This document shows positions 18,193 through 25,333 of a DNA stretch of 50,000 bases, piece by piece. The translations under genes were made by a program, and so were the position numbers. Origin of the DNA: a virus (taxonomy: Duplodnaviria > Caudoviricetes); IMG/VR virus record IMGVR_UViG_3300020045_012733, positions 1 through 50,000 of that record; one strand, 5' to 3'. How positions within the stretch are numbered: the stretch's first letter is position 1; the number at the start of each line of letters is the position of its first letter. The notes beneath the pieces are model-generated. The model saw only the letters and a program-made list of their open reading frames with translations. It was not told the origin of the DNA and searched no databases.

Positions 18193-18318
18193 TAACAGCG
18201 GTTTGTAGCAAAAAGGGTTGACGTGCTACATTCGTCATTTGTGGTTCTAATCAGCAGTAGTGCAAGGTTGAAACTGTGTGCTTCTAAATCCCTTTCAGCT
18301 ACAAGCCGCAAAACGTTA
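18193..18318 (+). repeat. attC-like site 9 (126 bp)
   Basis: TAACAGCGGTTTGTAGCAAAAAGGG...CCCTTTCAGCTACAAGCCGCAAAACGTTA; the final TTA is the exonuclease stop codon. Confidence 0.88.
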
Positions 18319-19185
18319 ATCTATTTTTAAAAGTAGGCAAATTTCATCTTGTTTGTATTTAAATTGTTCTGCATTTTCTAAAAACAATTCATAATCATTA
18401 GAAGATAAATCCATAATTGCATCAAATATTCTTACTCTTTTTTCTAAAAATAATTTATCTGCAATTGGTACTTCAAATCTGATTGTATTTATTTCTTCAT
18501 ATCCGCTTTCTTTTAAAATAAATGGTAATTGTCCAGGACGTGCAAAAGCTACTTTATAACTTGATTCTGGTAAATTATCATTGTATTTTATAATTTCTTC
18601 AAGTGTTTTAAAATATGGCATAAATATAATTAATTCTGCATATTTAGTTCCAAAAATACAAGCATTACTTACTAATTGCCAATAAAATTTCTTACCATCT
18701 TTTGCTTTATCAATTAATTTTGATAATGCTTTTTTCATATCCGGATTGTCAATTTTCTTAACTCCTCCTTCTGGTAATTCCTCATATAAACCGCTTACTA
18801 ATTGACAAAATGCTTTTTTAGTCAAAGGACATTTAATGTCTGTAATAGCATCTAATACTAATTTTTTAAGAATTACTTTGTATTTTGAACCATCTGGAGT
18901 ACCTACCCAAACAGGATATTTTGGATGTTGTTTTGTATCGCTTGAATGAAACTTATAATCTTTTGGTAATTTCTTATGTGCAAAACTTTCAACTAATTTG
19001 CCCCATTCAGTTGCTAATACTTCAACTTCACTTTCTAAACTTTGAAGTAAACATTTTTCATATCTACATTCTTCTACATAAGTAAAAAATGGACTTCCTA
19101 TTGAGTTTGCAATTCTACCTTCTGAAACTAAAGATACAATTGAACTTGAATTAGCTGTTGATATTCTTATATTTGATAAAGCCAT
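18316..19185 (-). CDS. YqaJ/lambda-exonuclease-like recombination exonuclease
   Basis: EWGKLVE, GTPDG, DIKCP, FYWQ (PD-(D/E)xK pattern). Confidence 0.85.
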   Translation of the reverse strand: MALSNIRISTANSSSIVSLVSEGRIANSIGSPFFTYVEECRYEKCLLQSLESEVEVLATEWGKLVESFAHKKLPKDYKFHSSDTKQHPKYPVWVGTPDGSKYKVILKKLVLDAITDIKCPLTKKAFCQLVSGLYEELPEGGVKKIDNPDMKKALSKLIDKAKDGKKFYWQLVSNACIFGTKYAELIIFMPYFKTLEEIIKYNDNLPESSYKVAFARPGQLPFILKESGYEEINTIRFEVPIADKLFLEKRVRIFDAIMDLSSNDYELFLENAEQFKYKQDEICLLLKID

Positions 19186-19820
19186 TATTTTATTAGGTTT
19201 AGTTCGTTAATTATTTTTTGATAGTCTATTGATTCTTTTTCTTCAATAATTCTTTCGATGTGAAGTTGACTATCAAAATCTATTTTTGCCTTTTTTTCGC
19301 TATACAACTTTTTTAGTTCTTCTAACTTTTTTTCGTTTGATGTTTTAGGCTCTTTTGAAATAGTATCGTTTCTGTTTAAATCTGATCCAAATAGTTTTCC
19401 AAAACCATAACAAGCATTTTTTACTGCATTACTTTTTGCGTTTGGAAGTGCTGCCGAAACTGCATAATCTGTAAAATCTTTTGTTTTTACGTTTTCTGCT
19501 TTAATTTTTTCTGGTTCTTCTGCTCCAACTCCATCAAAATATAACCAATTTTTAGGCTCATCAAATTCTCTAAAATGAACTCTCATTGTTACTGCATTAG
19601 AATTAAAAATCTCTTTTGTATCTAAAACCTCATATCTAAAATTAAACTTGAAAATACTTCTTAAAAGAAATTCTACTTTATCAATTGGTAAGAATTTATA
19701 ATTTGCTATTTCAGAATGTTGTTTGATCCAACTTTGAGGAGGTTCTTCTTTTAAAAGTTCAAATAAATCTGCATTTGTTTTGATGCTTTCAATCTTTTTT
19801 AATAAATCTGATTCATTCAT
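19185..19820 (-). CDS. Single-strand annealing protein (Rad52/22-, Sak-like)
   Basis: DGVGAE...AKSNAVKNACYGFGKLFGSDLNR; paired with the exonuclease. Confidence 0.75.
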   Translation of the reverse strand: MNESDLLKKIESIKTNADLFELLKEEPPQSWIKQHSEIANYKFLPIDKVEFLLRSIFKFNFRYEVLDTKEIFNSNAVTMRVHFREFDEPKNWLYFDGVGAEEPEKIKAENVKTKDFTDYAVSAALPNAKSNAVKNACYGFGKLFGSDLNRNDTISKEPKTSNEKKLEELKKLYSEKKAKIDFDSQLHIERIIEEKESIDYQKIINELNLIK

Positions 19821-19827
19821 TTTAATT

Positions 19828-20142
19828 TTAAATTTTAGTTATTAAATCTGAAATTTCGCACTCTAAAATAATTCGAATGTTTTCTAACTTTTCAAATATC
19901 TTAACTTTTTGGTTTAAATACATTTTCCAAGTTACATTTATTTCATCTTTGTTTTCGGACATAAAAATAACATCGCAATGTTTGTTGAAATTCTTTGAAA
20001 ATCTACTACCCAATTGAGATAATACTTGTGATGAAGTTCCTATTTCATCTGCTACTGAAACTAAAGTTTTTTGTTTCTTTTCTGGATTCTTTTTGTTCCA
20101 CTTCTCAATAGCTTCTTTAATCGTTGTTTTAAATTGTTTCAT
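19828..20142 (-). CDS. HTH-like protein
   Basis: TLVSVADEIGTSSQVLSQL...ILECEISDL. Confidence 0.6.
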   Translation of the reverse strand: MKQFKTTIKEAIEKWNKKNPEKKQKTLVSVADEIGTSSQVLSQLGSRFSKNFNKHCDVIFMSENKDEINVTWKMYLNQKVKIFEKLENIRIILECEISDLITKI

Positions 20143-20297
20143 TTTTTCTTTGCGTTTTTTTTAACTTGATTGTAATACTCGTTTGTCGTTTCAGTTACGT
20201 TTCCTTTTTTATCCTCAACGTAACTCTTAAATCCGTTGTGTGTTTTAAATATAGTTCTACCATCTTTTAAAACTATTACTTGCTCTCTATTTGCCAT
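20139..20297 (-). CDS. Small hypothetical protein, 52 aa (MANREQVIVL...)
   Basis: Hand-translated; ATGA overlap with the next gene. Confidence 0.6.
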   Translation of the reverse strand: MANREQVIVLKDGRTIFKTHNGFKSYVEDKKGNVTETTNEYYNQVKKNAKKK

Positions 20298-20758
20298 TTT
20301 TAATTTATATTTTTATTATACAAAGGATTTTCTTTTCTAATTTCTTCACATTGTTTTTTAAAAGAATTTATGTCCGCTTCTGTGATTAAAGTATCACTTT
20401 TCAACATACACATATACGCTTTGTTTAAAAACTTTTCTTTTTCTGTTTTGAATACTTCTAATGCCATTTGTTTAGTTTTAAATAAATACTATAAATACCA
20501 CACAACAATAATAATGCAATAACTAAAATTGAAGCCATAACTGCTATTTGCTCCCAAATTGATAATTTTTCCATAACTAAATTATTTTTCTTAATACTCT
20601 TGTTTTTCCATCTGCTAAAAGAACATAGGCAAAGTTATCATTTAGCTTTTCGGTTTCTTGCTTTTTTTGCAATTTCTAAAGTCTTATTTGCGCTAATCTT
20701 TGCCTTTTTTTGTTCTTCAAATATTGTTAAATCTGGTTTTAACTTTTTGTCTTTACGA

Positions 20759-20941
20759 TTACTTGCCATAATAAGTAGTTGTTTGTTCAATTGTTTTTTC
20801 AAAATGTTTGTCGTTTACGTCAGTTTGTATTTTGCACAACCTAATCGTTAATGGTCTTTTTGAAAATTGATTTATAGGTTTTGAAGCTATATTTAACAAT
20901 CGAATATTATTGTTTAAGTGAACTATTTCTTGTGTACTCAT
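20759..20941 (-). CDS. Hypothetical protein
   Basis: 60-aa ORF. Confidence 0.5.
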   Translation of the reverse strand: MSTQEIVHLNNNIRLLNIASKPINQFSKRPLTIRLCKIQTDVNDKHFEKTIEQTTTYYGK

Positions 20942-21079
20942 AACATTAAAGTTTTTTTATTGTTTGATACAATTCTTTTTTATATTCTCTCAATTCTATT
21001 TCTTGGTCTGAATTTAAAGGATAAATATTTCTAAAGTTTTCTAAAGTTTCAATATTTGAAACTAATTCTTTCAATCTTA

Positions 21080-21388
21080 CTATTGCATCCATGATTCATA
21101 TCCAAATTTACTTATATAATTAGCTTTGTTTTGCTCACTCAATTGGTGTGCTTTTTGCCATTGCTCTCTAACTTTTTGTCTAACTGGATAAAATGTTTCT
21201 TGAAGTTCATTTTTCAATCTTCTAACAAGTCTTTGTCTGTATGTAATTTCTTCTGAACTTGTTTCAGCAAACAATCTTCTTACTATTTCTCTTTTTACTT
21301 TTTTCCATCCCTCAATCAATGCTTGTGAGAATGTCATATCGTAATCTCTAAATAGTTTCCACGCTGTTTTTAATGCTTCTGATTTCAT
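21080..21388 (-). CDS. Hypothetical early protein
   Basis: AWKLF...FSQALIEGWK pattern common in small phage proteins; first gene after the promoter. Confidence 0.75.
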   Translation of the reverse strand: MKSEALKTAWKLFRDYDMTFSQALIEGWKKVKREIVRRLFAETSSEEITYRQRLVRRLKNELQETFYPVRQKVREQWQKAHQLSEQNKANYISKFGYESWMQ

Positions 21389-21407
21389 AATGTAAATGTT
21401 TTTTTGA

Positions 21408-21471
21408 TGTTTGTATGATGCAAATGTAGTGTTTTATTTTAAATTCACTAACTTTTTTTAAGTTTTTTTTA
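21408..21471 (-). promoter_or_regulatory. Promoter; 64-bp exact repeat, copy 2
   Basis: Identical to 4601-4664. Confidence 0.85.
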
Positions 21472-21480
21472 AATTATTTT

Positions 21481-21566
21481 AAAAAAGAAATCCCTACTCG
21501 TTAGAATAGGGATTATACAAACAAAATAAAAACATCGTGCTTTTGGAGTTGCACATTGCAAATATA
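21481..21566 (-). ncRNA. Candidate small RNA
   Basis: -7 TATATTTG at 21559-21566, about 75 nt, terminator AATCCCTA...TAGGGATT with U-tract. Confidence 0.5.
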
Positions 21567-21581
21567 GAAATTTAATTCAAT

Positions 21582-21613
21582 AAAAAACCTCTTAAAATTA
21601 ATTAAGAGGTTTT
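21582..21613 (-). terminator. Intrinsic terminator
   Basis: aaaacctcttaa-loop-ttaagaggtttt. Confidence 0.75.
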
Positions 21614-21633
21614 GAATATTTTTGTTGTTTATT

Positions 21634-21990
21634 TTAGCAACTCGAATTTAAAGTAATTCCAAGTTTCTTAAGCAACAACTTTTTATCTAATATGTAATTT
21701 TTATTTAGCCTTTCCTTATAAATACTATTGTATCTAAATTTAAAATTTGAACTCCAACAGACTTCTGGCATAATAGCAAAAACATTTGGATTGGAATTTT
21801 TAAAAGTTAAAGAATTGTTTTCTTTAAACGAATAACTTGTAAAAATTACCGCATCAGAAACAATTACTACATCTGTGAATTGCTTGACCATTTTGGTTTT
21901 TACAACATCATTCTTGACTTCAAGTTTAGGCGTTGCGCTTACTTGAAAAACGAAAAATCCTAATAGGATTAAGGTTAAAAATTTTTTCAT
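21634..21990 (-). CDS. Secreted protein with signal peptide (moron-like unit)
   Basis: MKKFLTLILLGFFVFQVSA; own -7 box at 22020-22027 and own terminator. Confidence 0.7.
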   Translation of the reverse strand: MKKFLTLILLGFFVFQVSATPKLEVKNDVVKTKMVKQFTDVVIVSDAVIFTSYSFKENNSLTFKNSNPNVFAIMPEVCWSSNFKFRYNSIYKERLNKNYILDKKLLLKKLGITLNSSC

Positions 21991-22046
21991 TTTTTTATAA
22001 TTTTAATTATTAATAATGCCAAATATAGCAATTTTTTTGAATAAAC

Positions 22047-22123
22047 AAAAAAAAGTCATCCAAATTAACGAATGACTTTTCCAACTAAACCAATTTATTA
22101 AATCTTATACCGATTCAAATATA
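22047..22123 (-). ncRNA. Candidate small RNA
   Basis: -7 TATATTTG at 22116-22123, U-rich body, terminator AAAGTCAT...ATGACTTTTTTT. Confidence 0.45.
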
Positions 22124-22133
22124 ATCATTTTTT

Positions 22134-22838
22134 TTACTTCGCAACCACAACTCCTAAAATAAATGTGGGTATCGTTGCAATTTTCCAAAGTGTTTTTTTT
22201 TGTTTTTCTTTTTTGAGTTGCTTTAGATTATTTTCAGCGTTTTTTTTGTGTAATTCTGATGCTTGTTTTTCAAAGGTGTAAGCACTTAATGAATTGTTAT
22301 TTTGAGCTTCTAAATTTGAGTTTTGAGATAACAGATTTTTATTAGCTGAATCAAGCAAACCTATTTTTTCATTTAATTTGGAGTTTTCTTTTATCGCTCC
22401 TTTCCCCACTTCCAAATCAATTATAACAACTTCCGATGCAATACTATCAAGCTTGACCGCCATAACTTCCGATTTGCCGTATATAGAATCAAAATAGCAT
22501 TGTTTATCGTTGTTTGTATATGTTTTTACCTCTTTAATTTTTTGAGCTGTATTTTGGCGTAATTTGACTAAATCGGTAGATATTTTGTAAACTAATTTTT
22601 CAATGGTTTGGTATTGCGATTTTTGATCCGCTAACTCCGATTGAAGTTTTTCATTTTTCAAAATTTCAGCTCCTGCAATATTAGATAGTGAATCGGCTTT
22701 TTTTGTTGCTGATTCTGATTTTGCTATTGAAGTATTTTCAGAACTGCATGATTTTCCGTAAGCGAAAATAAATGCAAAAATAACAATGTATAAAATTGCT
22801 TTTTGCCAATCGATTTGTTTTAATTTTTCTGTGTTCAT
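22134..22838 (-). CDS. Spanin-like coiled-coil membrane protein
   Basis: N-terminal hydrophobic segment followed by Cys, coiled coil, C-terminal hydrophobic tail; follows the endolysin. Confidence 0.55.
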   Translation of the reverse strand: MNTEKLKQIDWQKAILYIVIFAFIFAYGKSCSSENTSIAKSESATKKADSLSNIAGAEILKNEKLQSELADQKSQYQTIEKLVYKISTDLVKLRQNTAQKIKEVKTYTNNDKQCYFDSIYGKSEVMAVKLDSIASEVVIIDLEVGKGAIKENSKLNEKIGLLDSANKNLLSQNSNLEAQNNNSLSAYTFEKQASELHKKNAENNLKQLKKEKQKKTLWKIATIPTFILGVVVAK

Positions 22839-22853
22839 TTTTATTGTTTTTAT

Positions 22854-23318
22854 TTAATCTTTAATTTCAAAGTGCATCCAATCGTAATTTTTCTCACGTC
22901 CTAAACTAATAAATCCGTGCTTGTAGAAAATATCAATCATTGCATCATATTCTGGTCGAGCAAATCTCGCAGTAGCAGAAGTTTCTTTTAATTGATTGCG
23001 TTCTGGGTCAAGGTCAATAGCTATTCCCCAACTATGACGTGAATAATCGGAACCGCCACGCATAGCTCTAAAATTGAAACAACCACCAAATAAATCAATA
23101 CCAAGTTCAACGATTTTTTCATATCCATAGTGTTCAAGTAAATCATTAAAAACTCTCGAAAATTCATCTGCTACCAACTTATGGCAACGCATTGTGTTTA
23201 CTTTTGTTTTTTTATCCCAAGCTAAACGCATAGGATATGGAAGTTTTAGAGTAGTTAGATAACTACCTTGTTGATTTGGTTTGCCGTAGTTTGCCGTAGC
23301 TTGTTTTGTTGTTATCAT
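22854..23318 (-). CDS. Endolysin, M15 family peptidase
   Basis: [12 protein letters not shown] and DWMHFE zinc-binding motifs. Confidence 0.9.
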   Translation of the reverse strand: MITTKQATANYGKPNQQGSYLTTLKLPYPMRLAWDKKTKVNTMRCHKLVADEFSRVFNDLLEHYGYEKIVELGIDLFGGCFNFRAMRGGSDYSRHSWGIAIDLDPERNQLKETSATARFARPEYDAMIDIFYKHGFISLGREKNYDWMHFEIKD

Positions 23319-23554
23319 TATTTACACGCTTTTTTAGATTTTTCTTTTAAAAATCGATGAACATTCATTGCTACTATTTTACCAACATATCCAATGGCAC
23401 CACCGATAAAACCAAAGGAAACAACTTTTAATAATTCAAGTATATTTTCAACAATAAATCCATGTTGTTGCACAAATGCAGATATACCAAATATTGCTCC
23501 TGAAATGACAGAAACAATAGGATTAGAATGTGTATGGTTACTCATTGGTTTCAT
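23318..23554 (-). CDS. Holin-like membrane protein
   Basis: Two hydrophobic segments, basic C-terminus, dual Met start; directly upstream of the endolysin. Confidence 0.6.
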   Translation of the reverse strand: MKPMSNHTHSNPIVSVISGAIFGISAFVQQHGFIVENILELLKVVSFGFIGGAIGYVGKIVAMNVHRFLKEKSKKACK

Positions 23555-23762
23555 TTTTTTTTGATGTTATTACTTTTTCAGCTACATTCAATATCCATCT
23601 TGGAAATAACATAAAAGCTACAGCAATTATATTCATCACCATTTCGGCAGTTGTATATGATAATGTATTTGTGGCATATTTATAAAATTGAACTATTGTA
23701 ATTCCAATTCCAATTAAAAGCATAAACCAATATGCTATTTCTCTGCGTTGCTTTATACTCAT
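23538..23762 (-). CDS. Holin-like two-TM protein
   Basis: Two hydrophobic segments. Confidence 0.5.
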   Translation of the reverse strand: MSIKQRREIAYWFMLLIGIGITIVQFYKYATNTLSYTTAEMVMNIIAVAFMLFPRWILNVAEKVITSKKNETNE

Positions 23763-23763
23763 A

Positions 23764-24171
23764 CTATTCTGATTTTAAAAGTGATGTGAAAAATGTAATC
23801 AATGAAATTCCAATGAAACCAAAGGAAACTACATCATAAAACAACATTGGTTGAATTGGTATTACAAAGGAAACAACTTGAAATAAGTAATACATTGATA
23901 AAAAGAAAACTGCTATATTTTTTCTGTAACAGAAATGTAATCTTTCACTCCATAATAAGAATGAAAATGATACTAAAAATAAAGCAATTGATGTTAATAA
24001 TGGATACCAATAACAACTATAATTTGATAAGTCTTTAATAAAGAAACTAGCAATTTCCACTAATAAAAGATAGAAAATTGAATATTTCAAAAATGGTTTC
24101 TTTTGTGTTTTAATTGCTTGGTAAATATTATTTACTCTACAATTGAATCCGCAAGGTGGTCGTACTGCCAT
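23764..24171 (-). CDS. Four-TM membrane protein
   Basis: Four hydrophobic stretches. Confidence 0.65.
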   Translation of the reverse strand: MAVRPPCGFNCRVNNIYQAIKTQKKPFLKYSIFYLLLVEIASFFIKDLSNYSCYWYPLLTSIALFLVSFSFLLWSERLHFCYRKNIAVFFLSMYYLFQVVSFVIPIQPMLFYDVVSFGFIGISLITFFTSLLKSE

Positions 24172-24176
24172 AATTT

Positions 24177-24632
24177 CTATTTTTTAAAGTTTATAAATTT
24201 GATAGATTTGAATATTGAAACGATTGTTAGTCCACAATAAATGAAACCCCAAACCCAAAGCCATTGAGCATTTCTTTTTCTTAACCTTTGACAATATTCT
24301 TTATTTGATTTTAGCAAATCTTTTAATGATGTTGCCATTATATCTTCGTAGTCATGGATAACGCTTTCAGGTTCAAGTCCTTTAATTAACCAATGGTCAG
24401 CTATAACACTTGTACCATTATATTCTTTTGGTTTTTTAATAAAATATTCAAACGCTATTCTTAATTTAACAAAATCATAATTCTCAAATCCGAAATCTTC
24501 CCAAATATCAATAATGAATTTTAGCTTATTTCTAATCTCTGATTCACTTTTTAAAAAGAAATCATTGCTTGATTTTTTGTTTAAAAACCAAACTGTAAAT
24601 AATAAAATTCCGATAATGATGTATGTTATCAT
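24177..24632 (-). CDS. Membrane-anchored hypothetical protein
   Basis: TM segments at both ends; IHDY motif. Confidence 0.65.
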   Translation of the reverse strand: MITYIIIGILLFTVWFLNKKSSNDFFLKSESEIRNKLKFIIDIWEDFGFENYDFVKLRIAFEYFIKKPKEYNGTSVIADHWLIKGLEPESVIHDYEDIMATSLKDLLKSNKEYCQRLRKRNAQWLWVWGFIYCGLTIVSIFKSIKFINFKK

Positions 24633-25333
24633 AGTGCGTTAAATTGAATCATTAAATTATTAAAACCCTCTACATCTTCTATTAAATGCAAATCTTTTAA
24701 CATTGCAAATCCAGCATCTAATTTGTCAAATTGAAGATTATCTAATCTGGTCAATGATGTTATTCTGAAAGCTTCAGTTTTCATTATTAATTCCTCATAC
24801 AAATAACTACCTAAAGCAAACTTTGTCAATACAATGTAGCAGAATGATTGCATTCTCGTTAATCCTGTTGTTGGAATGCTTACACCTTGTCCACTATATT
24901 CTGAATTCAAATAAGCAATTGTTTGATGTAGTTTTTCTCCAGCAAAATCAATTTCACATTCAACATTGAACATTGAATCGAAAAGTGTTTGATTTGTGAT
25001 TGTTCCATTTGCTAAGTAATTCTCGGCAAGTTGTTTTTTGCGAGGATAAGTAACGTCTTTCAAATCGTTCAAATCCTTATCAGTAAGATAATCGAATCTT
25101 GAAGCTTCTTTTCCAATTGCTCTACGCAATGCGGAACGATTTAGCTTTGCAACTTCTACACCAATTCTTTCGAGGTATTGTTGTGTTTTTACTTCTAAAT
25201 CCTCAACTTTTTCAATTATCTCAACTTCTTCTATTTCCGAAGTAATGTTGTTTTCTATTTTATAAGCATTCGCGTTCTCTAAAGTTGCAAATCCTATTGT
25301 TTGATTGTCGTGATGTATGTTAAATTGTATCAT
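24629..25333 (-). CDS. Tail fibre-associated protein
   Basis: Follows the tail fibre gene with an ATGA overlap. Confidence 0.55.
   Translation of the reverse strand: MIQFNIHHDNQTIGFATLENANAYKIENNITSEIEEVEIIEKVEDLEVKTQQYLERIGVEVAKLNRSALRRAIGKEASRFDYLTDKDLNDLKDVTYPRKKQLAENYLANGTITNQTLFDSMFNVECEIDFAGEKLHQTIAYLNSEYSGQGVSIPTTGLTRMQSFCYIVLTKFALGSYLYEELIMKTEAFRITSLTRLDNLQFDKLDAGFAMLKDLHLIEDVEGFNNLMIQFNAL

Larger units (their letters stand above)
12885..18318. mobile_element. Phage-borne integron-like element: integrase, attI-like site and nine cassettes
   Basis: Nine attC-like hairpins; the two ends of each cassette are mutually complementary. Confidence 0.9.

Noticed and set aside
14177-18318. 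Repeats as a CRISPR array, REP elements or simple terminators
   Set aside because: Units are divergent 74-131 bp hairpins separated by whole genes, lack consistent adjacent U-tracts, and show cassette-specific end complementarity; no cas genes
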